DNA of 63,516 bases, counting the filler, from Olpidium bornovanus S191 (lineage: Eukaryota > Fungi > Olpidiomycota): the NCBI GenBank assembly GCA_017911155.1. It is 25 parts of 25 records of this genome, joined end to end, with 100 filler letters (N's around TTAATTAATTAA, not from the genome) between each part and the next. Parts side by side here need not be neighbours in the genome. Positions count along the whole stretch, not along the records: positions 10,189 to 14,780 come from JAEFCI010007718.1; positions 14,881 to 16,522 come from JAEFCI010004861.1; positions 16,623 to 19,041 come from JAEFCI010004934.1; positions 19,142 to 21,093 come from JAEFCI010005020.1; positions 21,194 to 25,321 come from JAEFCI010005975.1; 20 more parts are not named here. The stretch is one strand, 5' to 3'. Every line of letters begins with the position of its first letter. Within the stretch, counting starts at the first letter, position 1. The notes beneath the pieces are model-generated. The model was not told where the DNA came from. It saw only the letters and a list, made by a program, of their open reading frames with translations, and did no database searches. Shown one piece after another: positions 12,497-23,388 of the stretch. The position numbers and the translations under genes are program-made.

Positions 12497-14260
12497 GGTC
12501 CGTGGCCGGGGGCGTGAGGCTGAGTACTCTGGCTTCTCGCGGTCTGTTCGACGCCCCCGGAGGTGGGCGGGAGGGAACGTCGTCGCGCGGGCTGCCGAAC
12601 TCGATCTCGGTGTGGACCATCGCCCGCCGCGACGCCACTATGTTCACCCAAAACGCGTTGACTACAGGACGGCCCCAGCAGCTAAAAGAATCATAGACAC
12701 GGCGGAGCGGTCTGGACTGGAGTAGATTGCGGTCGAGCCGGTAGGCGCGTCGTTCGTTCGCGACGAGGGCGAATTCCACTTAAAGTCAACCGGTCCGCTA
12801 TGGTACCTATGCTACTAAGCCTTTTTAAGCTGGCATGTTTCTGATTTGACATTCAAAAAACTCATCGGGAACAGCACCGAAATTTTGCGACTGCGGGGTT
12901 ACATTAACATTAACCGACTCCCTTGCCCGAAAGCCCGTTGGCAGAGTCGAACGGCCTCGCATCTTCCATCCATGTAGTAGTGGCATTAAAGTCGATTCCC
13001 ACGTGCCGCTGCCGTCTTTGATTTTGCCTCTCCTCGCAAAACTATCGCCGTAAGTCTCGGTGCTCACGCTGGGCAACGCGTATCACCGCTCATGTAATTG
13101 GGCCGCTGCGCGGTGAATCGCGACTACTTTCCAGCCCTCCCCACCCTCGCCCGACCGGCGGCCCCGCCGCCTTTTAGCTGTCGTTGGCAGCGGGTCCTCC
13201 GCGGTCACTTCCCACTGTGACCAGGGATCAGCAATGCGCACAATTGTGCCACACACCACGTTCGTCTGAGGAAGCAAAACGGAGTCGCGACCCGGGCGTC
13301 GACCGTCACCGTGAGGTCTCACCGCGATTCTCCGGTCATGCAGCCCGAGCGGCGTGCGCTCGTTCCGGCCATTGAGGTTGTCACGGCTATTTTTTTTTTG
13401 CGCCGGGGCTGTGTGGGGCGTGTTTCCGCCCCGCCCGCCGGCCGCTCCATTGGGCAGCCAGCTCGCACGGGAATCCAGAAGTTCCCATTCGCTATTAAAT
13501 CCGGCCCCGGCGCGAGAGAGAGGGGGAGAATTCGGCGGCGCCGGCGGCACATGCGCCATCTGCTCCGAGCGACCTTCGCGGCCCAGCGCAAGGCAGGTGG
13601 AGGTCGAGGACGAGGAGGAGCGGGGCCCCCGGCAGCAAACAAGGGACAGGCGCAGACGAAGAGGCCCGCGTCCTTTGGCGGCGGCACCCGTCCCCTCTTC
13701 GACGGGCCCGCGCCGCCACCTCTGCCGAGCTCCCAGTTGTCGCTCCCCGCGCGGACGACACGCGTTTCGGAGGCCTCCCGCCGCTTTTCCCCTCTCTGTC
13801 GCGGCGAAGTTTCCGGCCTTCTCCCGCAGCATACCCCCACGCTGTCGTCGCGGCCCGGCGCCAGGAGAAGTGCGTCACGCACCACGCCGGCAGAGTTTCT
13901 CGTCGACGGTTGTTGTTCTTCCAGCGCGTCATTTTTGGACTGACCCTCACCCCCACACCCTCCTCCTTCTATGTATCCTCTGTCTCTCTCGTCCCGGGGG
14001 GTTTTTTTTACAACGAAAAAAAGGTTTCGCCACCACGAAGCGTGCCGTTGAACCGGGCGCCGGCCTGGCGGCGCAGCGTCGCGGAATGGAAAGTGCGCAC
14101 GGTCATCCGCTCCCTGTACAACCCACCCCTCCCCCCTCCTGCCTTCCCGCTCTTTGACAGGCCGCTGTTCTCGCACGCTTGATCGTCCGGATCTATACAC
14201 AAAGCGCTTCAACACGCTAACCGGGGGGACGCCGCCCCGTCTTTGCTCAGCCAGTTCCAG

Positions 14261-14780
14261 GTGCCACCCGGTGGTGATTTCGGGCCCCTCTGGCACGGGG
14301 AAGTCGACGCTGCTCAAACGGCTCTTCAAGGAACACCCGGACAGTTTTGGCTTCAGCGTGTCACGTAGGACGCAAAAAAAAGAGGAAAAAATGCAAAATT
14401 GCGAAATCTCCTGTGTGTGGGCATCTCCTCCGTTTTTGGACGGTCGTGATTTGTTGAAACGGACGTCTCTGCGACAATAGACACCACACGTAAGCCGAGG
14501 CCGGGGGAGGAGGATGGAAAGGATTACCGTACGTGGGGCAGCTGTGCCGAAACTTCGCCGGTTCGTCCTGTTTGGATAGACAGTCAGGGTGTCGACTGGC
14601 TCGTGATTCTTACCAGCCCTCCTTCCCCCCTTCCGCTCGACGCCGGGGGCGCCTTTTTTCGTTTTTTTATTTATTTTTTTTTTGGTGACCCCACAAATAG
14701 ATTTTACGGACCGCGAGACGATGAAGAGGGAGATAGCGGAGGGCAAATTCATCGAGTCCGCCGAGTTTTCCGGGAACATG
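14261..14780 (+). CDS. GUK1: Guanylate kinase, partial at both ends
   Basis: [20 protein letters not shown] (P-loop), [22 protein letters not shown] and [18 protein letters not shown]; cut by the contig end. Confidence 0.95.
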
Positions 14781-15378
14781 NNNNNNNNNNNNNNNNNNNN
14801 NNNNNNNNNNNNNNNNNNNNNNNNTTAATTAATTAANNNNNNNNNNNNNNNNNNNNNNNNNNNNNNNNNNNNNNNNNNNNAAAAAAAAAAAAAAAAAAAA
14901 AACCAAGCGCGCGAAAAGTTATAAAAGAAAGCGGACTCGCGCGCGCGCTCCCCGGCACACGCGAAAGCCTGCAAAGGAAAAAAGAAATGCCAAAACAAAC
15001 AAAAAAAAAACCAAAGCGCGGCAGAGGAACGTAAGAGAGCGGACTCGTGCGCGCGCTTCTCCGCACGAGCACCGCTACGCCGAGCAAGCCGTCGCCGCCC
15101 TCTCTGCAACGAGCTACGGGTGTTCAGGAAAAGCGGTCTGCTGCTGGCTCCGGCTGCGGCCAGTGCCCGCGCTGTGACGACCCCGGGGAGGCCCTCGGGG
15201 GGTAAATTGGACGCCGCGACACAACTCTCCTTTGTTCTTTCTTTGCTTTTTTTATTCTTCCTTTTTCCGTTACACCTTTCACGCGTCGTGTTCTTACCCG
15301 GACCTCGCCGGTCGAGATCGTCGGCCTAGATCTTTCCCGGAATACCGTTGGTTGAGTCGACTTATCGTCTCTCACACG

Positions 15379-15424
<46 letters not shown>

Positions 15425-15484
15425 CCCTCCATTTTTTCTCTCAATTCGACCGTTCCGTCGCGTTCGCGAAGGCCACAGATCTTG

Positions 15485-15760
15485 GATGCCGTCGTCGAGC
15501 CCGTTCGCCTCTCCGCCTGCGCCCCCTCGGGTTTCGGGCCAACGCGCCAACCGCCGCCGAAATGCCCGGCCGAGAGTCCCGCCGTCGTCGAGCCCGATCG
15601 CTTCTCCGCCTGCGCCCATCCCGGGTTTTGGGGCGACGCGTCAACCGCCGCCGAAATGCCGCCCGGCCGAGGATGCCGTCGTCGAGCCAGATCGCGTTCT
15701 TCCGCCTGCGCACCCTCGGGTTTCGTGCCGACGAGTCAACGCCGCCGAAATTCCCGCCCG
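15485..15760. repeat. Degenerate tandem repeat of about 91-93 bp, 3 copies
   Basis: GCCGTCGTCGAGCC...CTCCGCCTGCGC...GGGTTT...CCGCCGAAAT recurs near 15488, 15580 and 15674. Confidence 0.85.
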
Positions 15761-16622
15761 GCCGAGGAGCGCTCGCCCGAACCGCTGCATCCGCCCCCGG
15801 TGGTCTGCTGCAAAGCCCATCACAGAGACGACGACTCCTTGCGCGTCCTGTGCCGCCCAGGAGGCCAGAGAGGCCGCCGAGCAGCGAAATCAGATGGAGG
15901 CCGAAAAGGAGGGCTGGTTAGCCAATTCCCCCGCCCGGTGCGAAAATGAAACGCACAACCCAAGCGGCCCAATTTTTACGGGATATATTGCCCAACAATA
16001 AGTTGTATAAGCCCAATCTTGTAATAATGTAATCAAATGTAATTGTATATTATATAAAAATAGCTAATGTAATAAATGATATATTTATTTATTGGCATGA
16101 TTTATACCACATAATTCTGAGCATTGTTCTTGCAACTCGCCTGACGGTTGTTCATGGCCAGGATGACCCAAAGCTTCTGTAAACGGAAAGGATAATTTCC
16201 GTCCGGTCCGGTGTCAGCTGATTTTCGCCTGCCGCCCGAGTCCGCACTAGATAATGCGCATTTAATAGATTCATCATGGTGACACAGGTTGTTCCCAGTT
16301 AAGTTTTTTTCTTGCCGCTGCGAGATTGCCGCCACTTGCAGCAGCTGGGTCTGGGCGGGAGGCGGCAAGGGAAAGGGCGATAATCAGCGTTCGCGGCCGA
16401 TCATGCAAGCGAGAAAGATGCGGGTTTCACCGCTCACGGCCGGCAAAGGTGAGGAGGAGAGGAACGGGCGCACTGCCCGGGCGGCCTTCACCAAGCAAAA
16501 CTGACGGCGCAATGCTGGATGGNNNNNNNNNNNNNNNNNNNNNNNNNNNNNNNNNNNNNNNNNNNNTTAATTAATTAANNNNNNNNNNNNNNNNNNNNNN
16601 NNNNNNNNNNNNNNNNNNNNNN

Positions 16623-17230
16623 GAAGAGGTTGGCGCAAGGCGGATGGTAGACTTTCCCGGTCCACGGGATCCCGGCTCCCGGCGGCAGCGTGTAAAGGCA
16701 AAGTGAGCAGTATTGGCTCTTGTCCGCGAACGCGGTGGTCATGGCGGCGGCGGCTGACGACTCGCCTTTTGGCGAGAACTGGATAGGAAGGCAGGCCCAA
16801 AAAAAGGAACCCACGGCAGCGGGGTATCTCCGTCAAAGAAAAAACCTGACACGCTTTTTGAAGGGCGGCGACAAGATAAAAGGGAAAGAGGGGGGCCTGC
16901 CGGACGGTCCAGGAACGGAGAGGGGGCGAGGGAGCGGGCGAGGGGGAGGTGGGGTGTTCCGGTTAGGGAATAAAAAACAAACCACCGGAAACTCACGTCG
17001 AAGCCAATCGTTTGTCCCGCGCGGTTGAGGCCTTCGGACTCCCTCCTCATCTCGGCAACCAACCGCGCGATGTCCGCGGTCATCGACGGAAGCACGTACT
17101 CCGCGTGAAGTTCAAATGACAGCGACAGTCTGGATGCGATGCGTTGCAGTTCCGCCACACCTGTGCAGAAAAAAAAAAATCCGCGGCCGCAGGTAATCAA
17201 AAAAAGTAGTTAACGTCGGGTCATTGCAAA

Positions 17231-17264
<34 letters not shown>

Positions 17265-18906
17265 CCCCCCCAAAAAGAAAAAACTGCCGGAGCAATTAAA
17301 CGGCGACAGAAGAATTTTTTTGTGCTGGAGGACCTGAGCTCAAAAAAAAATGGCCCCATCACGGGAAATAGAACCAACCGCGAACGTAATTGTCCACCCT
17401 TTCCAGCCGCAGCAGCATCTGTTTCTCGGTTCGGGCCGCGTCGGGAGGAAGGCACCGGGAAGCCCTGTCGACGTCTACACAGAATCGGCGGGCGCGTTTG
17501 ACCTCCTCCACGCTCTCGAGCAAGGTGGCCTTCCAAACCGCAGACACCTCTTGGAGGATCTCTTTTTTTCGCAGCTGGACGGCGGGGTCTTCTTGCTGTT
17601 GTTGTTGCGGCGGCCGTGATGACGTCGCGGGCCGCGCGGCGGGCGGCGTCCCGCCTGGCGGACATGGCGCACCTGGCGGCGTTGGCCGGGGCAACCCAGC
17701 AGCAAAGTCGTCGAAGTCGTCTAGGACGCTCGTCGGCGGCGCGCGAGCGTCCGGTACTGCCGGGGCGGCCGACGAGGAATCCCGTCGCAAGGCGCCGGTC
17801 GCCCGCGGTGCCGTGGTGGAGGCCGCGTTGACCGCGCCTGTGTCTGGCCCGCCGCCGCCGGCTCCGGCCGAAGGCTGCTGCGGCCGGACCGGCGGCGGTT
17901 GGCTCGCGTCTCCGAAGAGGTCCACCAGCTGCGCTGCGCTCTGCGTCGACGACATGGACTTGCCGGCCAAAGACACCGACGAGGGCGACCGCGGCGGCGG
18001 GATCAGCGGCGGCGGGATCAGCGGCGGGACGTTGTCGTTCGCGTTCAGCGACGACCCCGACGCGGCCCGCGACCGCACGCCCTCCGTCATGCGCACCCTC
18101 GGGGTGGGTGTCCGGCGGCCCCGGGAGGAGGACGCCGCCGACGCCGCGGAGGATATCGAAGTCACAGACGCCGAACGGTAAACTCCCGTGGCGAACGGCT
18201 CAGGCGGCGACCCGGACACCAGCGACGACCGCCTCGAAAGCGTCGCGCCGTCCCCCTTGGTGTCGCTGCCGTCACGCTGCGGCTGCTGCGGCTGCTGCGG
18301 CTGCTGCGGCTGCTGCTGCTGCGGCCGGCCGACGGCTAGTCGGGCGGTTCCGCTGGCGCCGGAGACGGGCGGCGCCGACGCCGGCGCGGCAAACCACGAC
18401 AAGTCCGCCGTCGTCGCTTGCGAACGCGCTGCGCCCCACGGCGCCGCCGCCGCCCGCAAAAAATCGCCGAAGTCGTCGTCCCGGGACGCCGCCGCCGCCG
18501 CCGCCGTGGAGCCAAACGGGGCAAACGCGCCGAGCGGCTGCTGCTGGGGTGCAAAATGGCCAGCTCCTGCCGCTCCTCCTCGTCCTCCTCCTCCTGATAA
18601 TGCCGCAGCCGCCACCATGTTCCCGCCCGATCCCAGGTAGGGCGGCTGGCTCGCCGCGAAGGGCGGTTGAGCGGTGGGGGCGGCGGCGGCGGCGGCGGCG
18701 GGCCCCGCGGCGTCCGAGTACGAAACGGAGGAGAACAGGCCGTCCAGGCCCGCGTAGTTGCTCGTGGGTGGACCGCCTCCGCCGCCTGGCCCCGGGCCGG
18801 CCGGACCGGCAGCGGCGGCGGCAGCAGCAGGAGCAGCCGCAGGCGCAGAAGCAAGCGGGCGGCGCGGGTCTGCGGGCACGGCGATGAGAGGAGGAGGGAG
18901 CGGCAT
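16623..18906 (-). CDS. Synergin-gamma-like AP-1 clathrin adaptor accessory protein; 3' end truncated
   Basis: Long low-complexity exon with DDDFGDF and DDFDDF gamma-ear-binding-type motifs. The C-terminal YCSLCL...WTGKVYHPPCANLF resembles the synergin-gamma C-terminal C..C...YH..CAN(F/L) motif. Confidence 0.65.
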
Positions 18907-18973
18907 AGACGGGTTTCTCCGTTTTCGAGAGGCGCGCGGTTCAAAAAACGGCGGGCGGGAGAGAGCGCTGCGC

Positions 18974-19014
<41 letters not shown>

Positions 19015-19230
19015 CCCCCCCCCCCCCCCCCCCGCCGCGCCNNNNNNNNNNNNNNNNNNNNNNNNNNNNNNNNNNNNNNNNNNNNTTAATTAATTAANNN
19101 NNNNNNNNNNNNNNNNNNNNNNNNNNNNNNNNNNNNNNNNNACCCATGCCTCTCCCACCCCCCCCCCCCCCCCCCCCCCCCGACCGCCTCCGGCGCCACA
19201 CTCCCTCGCCGGCTCTGGCTGGCCGCCACG

Positions 19231-21009
19231 ATGGCGACGCCTGCCGCGCCCGCACGGGCCGCCCTCCAGTCTTCTTCTGTTCCGGAAGAGTCGATCGAAG
19301 CGCTTTTGGACTACCTCTTCTGCAGCAGTCGCGGAAGCGGCAGCGGCGCCTTGAAGCGGCCGTTCCAACCTGTGGCGAAGCCAAACCCTGTTGCATCGGC
19401 TAACACCCCGACCGTGCTGAACGCGGTCTGCACCCGGGGCAAGGAGCTGCTTCACAGGCCGCCCATGAACGCCACGGATGCCGCCGCCGCCAGGAGGGAA
19501 CAGCACCCTTACCTTTTTCTCGGTCGGTCTATCCTCGAGCACTCCAAGGACATGTACCCGTCGTATACTCTCCTGGGCTCGGTGCCCTCGCTCTCAGATG
19601 TCCGGAAGAGCGGCCGTGTCTACCTAGGATTGGACGCGGGCACCTCCGTGCTGGTGCTAGGCAGGTCCTTCAGCGGCAAGACGGAGACTCTGCGCCGCTT
19701 TGTCGAGGGTTGCAACCTTGGTTTGCACCCTTTCGGTAGCAGCCGGACGGGCGACGACCGCGTCGGCCGCCTGCAGGCTAGCGGCACTCGCACACTAGTC
19801 ATTAGTCGGGCAGCCCACCCTTCGTACCACGGCGCCAGTTCTTCCTCCGCAGTTCCGTGGCACCAGCCCGCGGACTTCGCCGACCTCGCTGACGCTGGAA
19901 ACCCGGAACGGGCGGCGGCCGACCTGTCCGTCGTGGTGCTCGTGCCGCCGGCTGCGTACGAGGCCTCGCTCCGGATATACGACTGCGAGAGCCAGCAGCC
20001 GCCGGACGGTTGCAGGACGCGCACGGTGCTCCCGTTGATTTTTGACGTTCGCGACCTTGCTCCGGTCCATTTTTCCGCTTTGATGGGCTTCGACGGCCTG
20101 CGGGCGCAATCGGAAGTCTTGTATCAACACGTGTGCCAGCTCCTTCGCATGGCTATGTGCTCGGAGGGGATCGGTGGAACACGCCTGAACCGTACCGGCT
20201 GGAACTATCGCGGTTTTCGCGCATCCCTCCGTGACCTGATAGCGAGCCTTACGGACGAGTCGCAGAGGAAGCTGTTAGCGGCGAGCATGGATTTCATGGA
20301 CTGTCACATTGTGCAAGAGCTGGAACCGGACGGGCAGGAATCGGAGGACGGAATTGGCCGGCCGTTGGAAAGCGTCGCCAACTTGCTCGGCAAGGGCGGC
20401 AATTGTCTCGTGGTGCTCGATCTCCGGCACCCGCTGGTGACTGCAAAAACTGCAGAACTTTTGGCGTCGGTGGTTGTCAAGCTTTGGCAGAACCAGGCCA
20501 CAGACGCGCCTGCGTCGCGGCCGGCGCCCTCCGTGCTGGTCCTAGACGACTTGGACGTTTATCTACGCGACGTGCCGCTTCTGCCGCTTGTGGATCCGCT
20601 CCGCTCCTCCGGGCGCGTGTCAACTTTCGTGTCCGTTAGGGATGTCAAGAAACTGCCGGGGCACATAATTCGGACCAGCTCGTGCATCGTTGTGCACGCT
20701 TCGGCGATGGAGCCCACGGTGCCGACCCTAATACAAAAGCTCCACCTGCCGCGGTCGACCAGCGAAGCTATACTCGAGGTCGCTGCTCTTCGGCCCGGCG
20801 AGGCCATCGTGTGCTGCGGTAACTCCAGGCTTTACACGCACGAGGACGATCGTAAAGTAGGCAGGCTTCGGGTGTGCAAGGTCATTCTCCGGCAAACGGT
20901 TACCGGACCGCGGGCGGCGTCAGACGGCGGAGCACAGCAGGAGAATGCGGAGACGTCGAAACGGCGAGGCCCCGGAGGAACGGAACCACCGGGTGGTTCC
21001 CGAAAATGA
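19231..21009 (+). CDS. Intronless HerA/FtsK-superfamily-like P-loop protein (divergent fungal DUF87-like family)
   Basis: 592-aa ORF with Walker A VLVLGRSFSGKT, a Walker B position VLVLDDLD, LVVLDLRHP, LRPGEAIV and a terminal R-x-T...DGG motif. Confidence 0.75.
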   Translation: MATPAAPARAALQSSSVPEESIEALLDYLFCSSRGSGSGALKRPFQPVAKPNPVASANTPTVLNAVCTRGKELLHRPPMNATDAAAARREQHPYLFLGRSILEHSKDMYPSYTLLGSVPSLSDVRKSGRVYLGLDAGTSVLVLGRSFSGKTETLRRFVEGCNLGLHPFGSSRTGDDRVGRLQASGTRTLVISRAAHPSYHGASSSSAVPWHQPADFADLADAGNPERAAADLSVVVLVPPAAYEASLRIYDCESQQPPDGCRTRTVLPLIFDVRDLAPVHFSALMGFDGLRAQSEVLYQHVCQLLRMAMCSEGIGGTRLNRTGWNYRGFRASLRDLIASLTDESQRKLLAASMDFMDCHIVQELEPDGQESEDGIGRPLESVANLLGKGGNCLVVLDLRHPLVTAKTAELLASVVVKLWQNQATDAPASRPAPSVLVLDDLDVYLRDVPLLPLVDPLRSSGRVSTFVSVRDVKKLPGHIIRTSSCIVVHASAMEPTVPTLIQKLHLPRSTSEAILEVAALRPGEAIVCCGNSRLYTHEDDRKVGRLRVCKVILRQTVTGPRAASDGGAQQENAETSKRRGPGGTEPPGGSRK

Positions 21010-21825
21010 TTTTCCAGAGCGTCATCGCACCGCCGCTCGCGTTCGACAGACAATTGGTTGTAATAGAATCTTTCGGTACTTCCCTGGAGCATGNNNNNNN
21101 NNNNNNNNNNNNNNNNNNNNNNNNNNNNNNNNNNNNNTTAATTAATTAANNNNNNNNNNNNNNNNNNNNNNNNNNNNNNNNNNNNNNNNNNNNCTCAATT
21201 TACAAAGACATTATTCAGATGATCGGTGGTTAAAACGAGCTATTATTCATTTGGTCGCAGACAAACTGTCTCCGTATACAAGATATGAAACCGAAAAACA
21301 TATCCTTATTCATGTGGTCTTGTGTATTAAACACATAGTTTGGAGGCCTTAAGCAGGACGACACCAAATGAGCGTCTCTTTCTTTGCCCACCGCGCGGTT
21401 CACCGGTAGCCCCAAAAACTTGCGTTCTGATGTTTTCAAACCCTTCCTGCGAGCCACTTTTGCTTGTGGCCGCTTGAGGGGTGCGCCTGGTGCCCAAATC
21501 CCAAGTCTTGCGCACCTCGCAGGATACACAAAACGAGAGTCAAACCCTTCCCAGGAGCACCTTTTTGGTCCGGTCCAGAGGGATTCTCACCAAACGCTTC
21601 GCTGGACTAAAAACAGCCTGAAAGTGTCTCAGGCACAACGACGGTAACTTTTTACCAAATGTCCCGTTGGACGGAAAAGGGACGGTGTGATAATTGTTTT
21701 GTGAAACTCAGACAGTGGAACTCACCTCATAGGAGACATATTGAACTCCTACAACAGCACGAATTGGTAAGGGCGTGTCGGGGCGCACAGGGCGTGTTGG
21801 GTGTGCGGGGACCAGACGGTTTGAG

Positions 21826-22165
21826 CTCCAAACCGACTGTCCAACAGTGTCGGTGTAGGACATGTTGGACAGTCGCACCGGGTGTTCTATTGGAAACTTT
21901 CGTTGATACGAGGACACACAACTACGGATTTCGGGTCGTAAATAACCCTATACAACATCATGTGAACTCCAAACCTACTGTCCAACAGTGTCGGTGCATG
22001 ACATGTTGGACAGTCGCACCGGAAGATTCTACTAAAACTCGTTGATACGAGGACACACAACTACGGATTTCGGGTCGTAAATAACCCTATACAACATCGT
22101 GTCAGCTCCAGACCTACTGTCCAACAGTATCGGTGTAGGACATGTTGGACAGTCGCACCGAGAGA
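21826..22165. repeat. Tandem repeat of about 140 bp (2.4 copies); each unit has an 11-13-bp inverted repeat
   Basis: Periods of 141 and 139 bp. ACTGTCCAACA-N16-TGTTGGACAGT is present three times. Confidence 0.9.
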
Positions 22166-23388
22166 TTCTAGGCGGGACCTGCCCGCTAGATGTCATACCA
22201 AAGACAGATTTCACCATACCGACTGCGGTAAACAAAATTGCACCGCAGGATCCCTACCCAGTTAAACAAAAATCTACAAATTTCCAAAAAAAGCTAGTGG
22301 TCACGTGTGTGAAACGCAGCCTAAAATGTGTCAAAAACCAGGGGAAAAAGGAGTAGATTGGACGATGAAAATTTTAAAGTTTTGCTAATCCAGGCAGTTT
22401 TGGCCCGTGTGAGGTACTTTTCTCGAGAAAAATTCCCGAAACGGGCAAAAAAGGATTGTGACACACGTAACCGGATGGAAGGGCGGCGGGCTCGGCCAAG
22501 CCGAACAAAAAACTGGATGGGGGACCTCGGACCTCCTCTCCAAGCGGAGATTCGGCTGCCTACGTACCTGGTTGCCCAGGATCAGAGGTATCGTAGTTCC
22601 GTGGGGCTAAATAAAATATATTTATGATTATGAATATAAATAAGATATATGAAATAAATATTCTTGAGTAGTCCCCGGCCTGGTGCGCGGTTTGGAAATA
22701 ATCGGTTACAATATATCAGTCGGGGCGCGTTCATGACGAAATATTCGCAGTGCAAATATACCAAAAATGTCCCCTTCACTAGAAGATTAAAAAGAACGGG
22801 TGAGCGCTTCTGATGTCGCAAAGAAGACATGAAAACAAAGAAAAGACAAAGTTCCGGTATACCATGAAATTTCCTGCTTCACACTAAAAAATGAAAAGGG
22901 AAGGAATGAGCGGGAAACAGGAAAAACGAGTAAGATCAATATTACATCAGAAGAAGCGAGGTACGTACGTCTTTCGTCCTCCGCTACAAGCAGGCTGGCC
23001 CCGGCCCTGGTCAAAATTTCGATTTTGACTGCGCCGGTCGAGGCCCAGGCTGCTGGCGGCGTCGCTGCCTATTGCCCACTGCGGTTAAAGTAGTCGAACG
23101 GTGAGCATGCGGCCGTACCCCATTCTTACAGGCGGAAACAAACAATCCGGCCACTTACGCCAGCGACGCCGTCAGAAACGTCGGTAGGGAGGACGACGAG
23201 GGTTCAGTTGCCGAGGTCCATCACTGCCCGCACTCGGCCTCCGCCAAACTCCAGAACAATGGCGGAGGCCGAGAAGCCCATCAGCGACCACATGGGCAAA
23301 ATTTCGTCGCTGGCGGGCTAAAAATCGATATCGCCAGTGTCGTGCCTGCCTTAGGGCTAGTTGAACCGCGGAGCACCCCTGTTCGTAG

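Noticed and set aside
21826-22165. CRISPR-like array
   Set aside because: Only three palindromic units, the intervening sequence is itself repeated, there are no cas genes, and the context is eukaryotic.
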